This document shows, one piece after another, positions 52,736 to 62,190 of a stretch of 64,000 bases of DNA. Location of the stretch: NCBI GenBank assembly GCA_951406725.2, contig OX597817.1, positions 66,774,001 to 66,838,000 of the forward strand, read 5' to 3'. Position numbers and translations under genes: made by a program. The notes under the pieces were generated by a model that was given only the letters and a program-made list of their open reading frames with translations, ran no database searches and had not been told where the DNA came from. How positions within the stretch are numbered: the stretch's first letter is position 1; every line of letters begins with the position of its first letter. Source of the DNA: Octopus vulgaris. Taxonomy: Eukaryota.

Positions 52736-55700
52736 GACATACTGCAGCCTACCAGGTCAAAAGTCATTGATTGCCTCCTTCATCTTCTTCCTGCGCACTG
52801 AAACCATCAAAGTCCTCTTCTTCAGTGTCCGAATTGAACAGCCTCAGGATCTCATCACTCACTTCAGCCTCTTCGTTGTCGCTCTCACTTGAGTGCACCT
52901 AGTCCTCTTCATCACGCAGCAGTCCAGCTTTTTGAAACCCGTTGGTGATGGTGGATGTTTTGACATGGCTCCACGCATTTAAGATCCACTGGCAGACTCG
53001 AATGAAAGATACTCTTCGCATGCAGCCTGTTTTGATGAAGGATTTCTTGCCGCTCGTCATCCAATCCTCCCACTCACGGCGCAGTGCCACTTTAAATGCT
53101 TGGTTCACACTGAGTCCAGTGGTTGCAAATACTTAGTGGTGCCCCCAGGAATCACAGCTGGAATTGAGTTTGTACTCTTGATGGCAGCTTTCACTGAATC
53201 TGTTATATGGGCCCTCATGCTGTCCATAACGAGCAATGCTTTTTTTGTGTGAAAAAATCCCCCAGGTTGTTTGGCGTAGCAGTCTCTGAGCCAATCCTTC
53301 ATTAGGCTCTCCATCATCCAACCTTTCTAATTGACTTTCACCATGATTTCTTTTAGGAATTTTTCCTTTGGCGTTGTCAGCTGCTTAAAAATCACCATCG
53401 GTGGAAGCTTTAGTCCAGATGCTGTGCAGCTCAGAACACAGGTAAAATGCGTTCTCTCATGGCCACTTGTTTTCAGTGTGATGGATGAGTCACCTTTTTT
53501 ATTAACAGTCTGAGTGAGAGGTGGGTCAAACGTCAAAGGTAGTTCATCCATATTTATGATATTTTCTGACCCGATGGAATTCTCCGCTATCTTTGTTTGA
53601 GTGAATGTGCGAAAGTTAACAAGTTTTTCCTTGTAGTCAAGAAGGAGCTGCTGAACAAAGTCATGCGTGCCCTGACGGGCAGGCCTTTTCTTCTCATAAA
53701 TCTAAAACACCACGATGGCCCACCTCTAAAATCTTTGATTTTCATTTCGGTGGTGATTGTTTTAGCCTTCAGCCCGATCTGCACGGTGGAACCACTGCAG
53801 CTGCTTGCTCTCCGTGTGTTAACCCAGTCTTCAAGAAAGTTTTCAAGTTCGGGCCATCTGCTATGGTTACCTCAGAAAGCTTTCGTCGTATTTTTGCATT
53901 GACTCAGTTCTTCCTGCTGGCGTCTGCACCATCTCACCATCAATTCATTTATGCCAAATTTACATGCAGCAGCTCGATTTCGTTCTTCAACCGCCAGATT
54001 GATCACCTTCAACTTAAAAGCTGCATCATATGCTTTTCTTCGAGTGTTTTTCATGTTGATGAGGGTGAATAGATATGACAGCTTTGCAATACCGGTAATT
54101 GAATTGTGAAAGTGCTCTTGATTTATCGCACAATTTCATTGGATCTCTGTGATCTACTCATCAATTTGATTGGTCTACTGTTGCGAGGCAAAATGTTTTT
54201 CGTGGTATGACAAAAAAAAATATGCATTAGCCACACCATAGTATTGGCTGCAATGTTCAAAGTGTGGGAAAAAAGTAGCGGCTTATAGTCCAGAATTTAC
54301 GGTAGTCTATTAAGTGTGCAAGAAAGCAACATAAACTGGAGCATACAGCATTCTGAAGAATTGTCATGGCTACTTGAGGAGAATAGTCTCTTCAAAAGTG
54401 CTATATGTGCTCCATAAGTAACTTAAAGCTAAAAGAAGCCTATCCTAATTTCGAATGTGTTTTAAATAAGCCAAAAAAAAAAAATAATAAAGACTCTACA
54501 TAATCATTTAACTGGTTAGAAATATCAGCCAAATCTCCCTTAAATCATATTGAACTATCTTAAAAAGAAAAGAAAAAAGGAAGATACATTGGACAATGAG
54601 GGCTTAGATATACAAGTATATTGGATAGTCATAGCTATATTGCCTTTGATAACAAATAAGTTCTATATGGGCAGATCTAAGGTTAAACAATAGTAGTAAC
54701 CTGTTGTATTTATTGCATTACTTACTTGACTGACTGTGTGGAGATGTTTCACATGACAACCCATGATGAATGGCACTGGTGCATCAAGCAGCTCAAGACA
54801 TAAATGAGGTACAATAGGCACATAGGCATGTTCCCAGAAGAATGGGTGGATAAAAGAACAGAATGTCTGTAAAAAAAAAAGGAAGTAAATGGAAAGTACA
54901 TAAAGTAATAGATAATAAATGAAATGATCAAAATTGGTAAAGCTTCTTTTTCTTTAACTTTGTGTCTATGTTAAAAATAATTATTGGGGAAAGGGTTCTA
55001 TAAAAGTAGGTGATAGCTTCTTTTACCTAAATGACCTAATCATCTCTGCTGACAAGGAGATTCTCTCTCTGAGTGAAAGTTAAACTGTAAAATGCATGTG
55101 TATGAACTGTAGTGTCTCATGGCAGTGATACATGGACAATGAATGCAGAAGGTGTGCAAAGACTGGAAAGAAATGAGGTGAGCATAATCTACTGGATGTG
55201 TAATGTTAAAGTGAATGAATGTTAGTGTGTGAGAACACTGGCTATGCTGGTATGGATGTGTAATGATATAACAGGTAAGTGAAGAAATGCAAGGAGATTC
55301 CTTTTGAAAGATCCAATGGATGATGAAGAGAAAAGAAGAAAGACAAGTAGAAGCAGAGAAGGCTGACTTCAGGAAGCTGAACATCACAAAAGTGATGACA
55401 AAGGAATGCAACATGTGGTAGGATGTTGTTGGAGATGACACATCCAACTCATGCAAGTATAAATGGTGATAGTGGGGGTGATATTCAGAATTGGTAAAAT
55501 GTTGTATAAATGTGTATAAATGTGGTTGAATCAGTAGAGAGATGGACAAAATGACTTGTAGCATTTAGTTATTATCTCTTATGTTTCAAATTTAAATCCT
55601 GCTTAGGATGACTTTACTTTTCATTCCTTTAAGGGTCAATAAAATAAGTACAACTCATGTACTAGAGTTAATTGAACATTAACATATCCTCTTCACTCAC

Positions 55701-58700
55701 AAAATTTTTTGACCTAGTGATTATGTTAGAAAACATAATTATTATTACTGTTGGTGTTGTTGTTGTTGATGATGATGATAGCTGCTGTAAAACAGAACCT
55801 AGACAATTTTAAATAGACTGATTTTTCATTTAGGAACTTTTGTTGTTCATTTCTCTCTTTTTTGTTTCTTTTCTTTTCAAGAAAAGGATTTGCATTCATA
55901 TTTTCTTTACATTTTTATCTTTTAATAAGGGTGACAGTTTTCAAAATTTGTTGAAAGTTTGGTGTAAACAGAATATATTTATCTTACCTCTGTGATTATG
56001 GTCAGTAGGCCAAAACTGGATGATGCAAAAACAATCTGTCTTTCAGTTAGAATACATGTTACAATCTTGATGATAGTGTCCAAAGAGAAACAGATGAATA
56101 CCAAGTTGTAAGGTAGATCGAAGATTGGTAAACTGGCATGACTGGGAGGATGGATAATTATCGTGTGACCAAACAGACATAGACTCTAGCAATAAAGAAA
56201 AATATTACTTAATGCCATTAGACAGAGAACATGAAATAATTTTTTTTGTGATTCAATCAGAGGTAAAATAGCACTTGTGACTTTTGCAGGATTTCCAAGA
56301 CTGGTGTATGTGGGGAAGAGAGAAAGAAACTATGGTTCATGGCTTGCTGCATCTGAGAGCAATGCTTCAAGATATTGAATTGTTCTCATACTGGAACACT
56401 GGTTCAAATGCTTGCAGCAGAGTCGACTTTGTTAAATGTACACAAGATTTACATGGTGATTTTAAATCAGGAAACAAATTAGGTTTACTCTCCAAGAATA
56501 AATAGAGTCCATCTGACAATCTTCCACAGAGTTTCCATCAAGCAAATTTCCATCACAAACCAATCTGGACCTATGACAGAAGACACTAACTCAAGATCCC
56601 TTGCAGTAAATGGAACCACATGATAAGAAATCAAACTTCTTAGCCACACAAGATGCTCCCCATATGAACTATCCCATCTGCTCTGAAGAATTTGACCATG
56701 TGTAATGCATATATGGACAAAGTCGGTTTGGCTTGGCAGGAATGATTTCTCTTAAAGCTCATCATATGTGAAAATTTCAGCTCAGACTCTAAATATGTTT
56801 CTTTTATCTGGCATTGTTTAATCTCATATTCCTGACTGGGCAGATTTATAATCAAAGGTAAAAGCATTCCAGTAGTAACCACCCCTATCTTTTTGTATGT
56901 CTAGGATTAAATGTGTACTTCTTGTTTTAAGATGGTAGGGTGCAATGAATGAGAGTGATTTGACTGCTATTTTTAGCAGATTGATTGACTGTACAGCAGC
57001 TCCTTCATTGCTACTGTTGATGATTACTGTTATTGCTACCCAGTTTCAGGTCTATTCAGTCTCCCATTTCATCAACAATCACTTATTTATCACTACATTA
57101 TCCAAGATGGTAGGGTACAAGGAAAAAGATCTGGCAGCTATTTCTAACAGTATAAGTGACTATGTAGAGGCTACTTCATTGGTTTGTCAATACTGTCAAA
57201 TGTGATGTGATAGTTGACATAATCCAGAAAAGAATGTTATTGAATGAAATGAAAGGGCACTTGTAAAGAGAATATATTGGCCTGTGATTACTGACAAATG
57301 TCTGAAGCTGATATACTCTTACAAATCAATAAATCAATCATCAAAACATTATGAACAATTACCACAGACAAAGGGCCAACAGGGGGTATTGGGGTCAGAC
57401 TGAGTTGCCGGATATATTTCTGAAATTCCCGAGTTTGTTCAGAATGACTGTGTAGGGTTTCCACTCTGTTGATCAGCCTGAAATAAAACAACAGAATACT
57501 TTAATTACGTACATTGATATTTGTGACACAAAGAAACAAAAACATTCATATCCTGAATGCTAAATACTTGACAAGAGATCATATCCTTCTACTAACATAT
57601 TTCTCCTAAAAATCACTTGTGTCAACTCAAGTACACTTGACAAACTAATCAACAATAGATTTCTATCCTCTGTAAATGAAGGTTTATTTTTCAGCCACTT
57701 TGTAATACAGAACCCAAGAGTATTTACTATGTTTATTAAACCTTTTGTTTCAAAGATAAGATGTCAATGAGCTCAGAAAGTTTTGCTCTTAAAATTCAAA
57801 TGTTTATTTAGTTACTACTAAATTTTAAGACATTGTTAGTTTGTCATAAATTTAAGGAAATACTGATTTCAAATTTTGGCACAAGACCAGCAATTTCAGG
57901 GTTGGGGTTAAGTTGATTACATCAACCCCAGTGCTCAACTAGTACTTATCTTATCGACCATATACATGTGTGCATGTGCATGCATGAGTATCTGTTATTG
58001 TCTCTACGACTTTGCAGGATAGTTGTAAACAGGTGCCACCATCATGCATCATCCTTTATTTTCCAATTTTCCATGGAAACATGTCAAGTCATAGGAATGT
58101 AATACCTCACTTGCAAACAAATGAGGTGCTTGTGACCCTTGGTCAAACATTTTTTTCGCAAAATACCAGAAATGAATGGCATTCATTTACAACAACCATC
58201 TGATGTCAAGACAAGGATACACAAACATATACACTTGTTTCAGTCTTTTGACTGTGACCATGCTGGAGCATCACTTGAAGGTTTTAGTCGAACAAATATA
58301 TATATATATATACATCTCTCTCTCTATATATATATGTACACACACTTATATACACATATATATACATATAGATATAAACATATGTATATATAAAAATTTT
58401 ATTATGCCAAGGACCTATAATCCTGTCAGAGACATATGCATCCTAGTTCTCCAGTTTTTACCAGTGTTTGGTGAAAAACTAAATATGTTAGCTTTTCATT
58501 GATGGAGGATAAGGGTATTTAAATTATTTATGAATGAGAAAAAAGAAGAAAATGGAGAAACTGACAAATCGACATCAGTTTATTCAAAGATATTCAGATC
58601 AATGTAATATGAAATTCTTATCCCTACAGCCATTTCTACAGCCGATTAATTCAATTTGAGAAATTAATAGCATATATATATATAAACAAGTATGTTTGAT

Positions 58701-61533
58701 ATTTTTGTGTATGTGCTTTTATAATACATAACAGTTGTTATTGGTTGTGGGGATGTTGCAGTTAGGGTGAACTAGGTGTTAGAGAGAGAGAGGGAGAGAG
58801 AGAGAGAGAGAGCAGTAACATTCATCAGTTATATTATTATTACAAATAATTAATTATATATTAAAGCTACTAGAACTTTGAATCTGTCAATACTTCATAT
58901 GTAAATATAAGGATTAAAGAATGCTTAGATTAGATAATATTGATATAAAAATATTAATTAAATGGTAAAGGTTTTCTGCACAGGTAGCAGTATCATGTCT
59001 GGTTTCTATAGATTTAATTAAGTACGTTTCTTGTGAATATGTTGTTGACATTTTATGATATAATTCATTAAACTAAGTTAAGGATAAAATGTATTGATTT
59101 TGTAGTAGTTGTAGGTTTAGAACTCTCTCTCTTTTACTTGTTTCACTCATTTGATTGTGGCCATGCTGAAGCACCACCTTTAGTCGAGCAAATCGTCCCC
59201 AGGACTTATTCTTTGTAAGCCTAGTACTTATTCTATCGGTCTCTTTTGCCGAACCGCTAAGTTATGAGGGCGTAACCAAACCAGTATTGGTTGTCAAGCG
59301 ATGTTGGTGGGGGGGAACACAGACACACAAATACACACATATATATGACAGGCTTCTTTCAGTTTCCGTCTACCAAATCCACTCACAAGGCTTTGGTCGG
59401 CCTGAGGCTATAGTAGAAGACACTTGCCCAAGGTGCCATGCAGTGGGACTGAACCCAGAACCATGTGGTTGGTAACCAAGTTACTTACCACACAGCCACT
59501 CCTATGCCTGTAATTTAGGTTTTTATATAAAATTTTTATCAACTGGATTTTACATTTAACTTTTGTATGTGGAAGGTGCACATGTACAATAAATCCTGAA
59601 AATGCACAGAAAACAGATTCCATTGACTGCCAGTGGGGCAAGCTAGAGGTAGCAGATAGCTTCCATTATCTAGGTGACCAGGTTAGTAGTAGAGGTGGAT
59701 GCTCCAAGAGTGTAGCTGTGAGAATAAGATTAAGCTGGGCAAAGTTCAGAGAGCTCCTACCCCTGCTGGCAACAAAGGGCTTTTCTCTCAGAGTGAAAGG
59801 CAAATTGTTTGATGCCTGCGTGCAAATAACTATGCTGCATGGTAGTGAAACATGGGCTGTGACAACCGAGGACATGTGCATGCTTGAAAGAAATAAAGCC
59901 AGTATGCTTCGCTGGATGTGTAATGTCAGTGTGCATGTTCGACAGAGTGTAAGCATCTTGAGAGAAAAGTTAGGCATAAGAGAAATCAGATGTGGTGTGC
60001 AAGAGAGATAACTGCACTGTTATGGTCATGTGATGCGTATGGAAGAGGACAGGTGTATGGATGAGGACAGAAGTGCCAATCTCTAACTGTGGAAGGAACC
60101 TGTAGTAGAGGTAGACCCAGGAAGACATGGGATGAGATGGTGAAACATGATCTTCGAACTTTGAGCTTTACAGAGGCAATGACTGAAGACTGAGACCTTT
60201 GGCGATATGCTGTGCTTGACAGGACCAAGTGCATCCATGCTGGTGGCACGTGAAGAACATCTTTTGAATGCTGGGCCTCACAGAGGCAAAGTGGCTGAGT
60301 TCCTCTTGAGCATTGGGCCTGATGGAGGCAAAGTGGCTGAGTTCCTTTTGAATGTTGGGCCTCAGGGAGGCAAGGTGGCCAAGTTTCTTTCAAGTATTTG
60401 GTCTCACGGAGGTAATGACCAAGACCTTTGGCATTATGTCGTGCTTGAGTAGAAGACCCATCAAGCTAAGGAAAATCACAGATGTGACAGATACCCGTGT
60501 CACACAAATTGGCACCCATGTCGGTGGCACATAAACACACCCTAGTGTCACGCAAATGGCACCCATGCTGGTGGCATGTAAAAGCACCCACTACACTCTC
60601 AGAGTGGTTGGTGTTAGGAAGGGCATCCATCTGTAGAAAACCATGCCAAATCAGACTGGAGTCTGGTGCAGCCTTTTCTTTTTCATTTTTATTTACTCTT
60701 CCATTTTTGCATCAACTTTTTTCTCATTTTTTCTTGTGATTTTTCATGTACCAGTGACCTGATTTTCAAATAGAACAGACCATGTGCTCACAGCCTGAAG
60801 AATGACCGGAGACATATGGTGCATTATAAAAACTGGCCAAGATATGTGTCTTCACAGCAAGAAACTATTAGTAGCTCTTTTCTTTATACTGTATGCATCA
60901 AATAATATTTATCTCACACTGGGTGGAATACATTTTTTGCTGATCTTACAATAAGAGATCAGTAAACTATATGTATGTTTGTGTGTGTGTGTGTGTATGT
61001 ATATGCATGCATACATACATACATACATACGTACATACATACATATGCATGCATGTATGTATATGCACACACACACACACATCTTGAGCAGCATGCTGGC
61101 CATGTATGCTAGACCTGAGCTAGATATTTTGGGGAAGAGTGACAGTTTCTTATGCATGGAAACCTCCCCTCCCCATGCCACCAGTGACAACAGAATCAAA
61201 GAGAAAGAAGAAAAACTGAATAACAACATTGATTTGAAGTGGGAAATATGAAGGTTGTGGTCAATGAGGAGACTAGACGTGATACCAATAGTAATTGGTG
61301 CACTTGGAAGTATCATGACTCAACTACCAACATGGCTGAAAAAGATGGGTACAAATATAAAGGAAGAACACCTACAAAAATCAGCATTGCTTGGAACTGC
61401 AAAAATTCTTTGCAGGGTTCTTGAAGCATGACCAGTAAACAAGTGTCACCTTAGTCTGCTTCCTGTGGACAGCTGACAATTTCCATCATATCCAGCAAAA
61501 TAAGCTGAGAGTTTTCATCAAATAATAATAATG

Positions 61534-61584
<51 letters not shown>

Positions 61585-62152
61585 GCCCTGATGCAGTACC
61601 AGGCAGTGGCTCTCATGGCTTCTGATCTTAACTGATTGGAAGTGTTATCATGTACATTGTTTTGTCTTGGTATAATAGATGGGCTACAGCAAATATTCTG
61701 CTCAATACCACAGATTTGCTTGTCAGTTGTTTGACCTTAACCAGTTGAGCATGTCCCTTAGTGGCTGACGATATGTGCATCTCTATCACGAGCAGAAGTA
61801 GTGGGGGAGCATCATAGCCATGTGTTGAGAGGGATTCTTTGGGGTTTGAATAGTTCACCTCTGGAAACATGGGTGGTTCTTTCAACATCCTTAAACAACC
61901 CTTATTCAGGGACCGTTTGAGCGGGATGGGCTACTCAACCTGAAGAAAATTCTAACTGGGCCCCACCTGCAAGGTCATGTGCTGTTTATCTTGATATGAG
62001 ATCACCATGTCGCGCACATATGGTTGTGATGCATGTGCCTGGTGTACCTTTATCAGACGGGTAGTCATGATGGGTATATTGGGCTTCGTATATTTTACCC
62101 CAGTGTCACTTTGATGGCATGAACTGCTCTCTCACTCAATAATAATAATAAT

Positions 62153-62190
<38 letters not shown>

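Larger units (their letters stand above)
51628..54302 (-). mobile_element. Full-span pogo (POGK/Passer-like) DNA transposon with inactivated transposase
   Basis: TA-flanked TIRs c(t/c)gtaaattctggacta; Brinker-like DBD ([14 protein letters not shown]), CENP-B HTH, and DDE_1 motifs MDE, VMDS, QPLD. Confidence 0.9.

Noticed and set aside
55040-55564. 174-aa minus-strand ORF inside the gene
   Set aside because: It is antisense to an old RTE relic, and exons w3 and w4 already join in phase without it.
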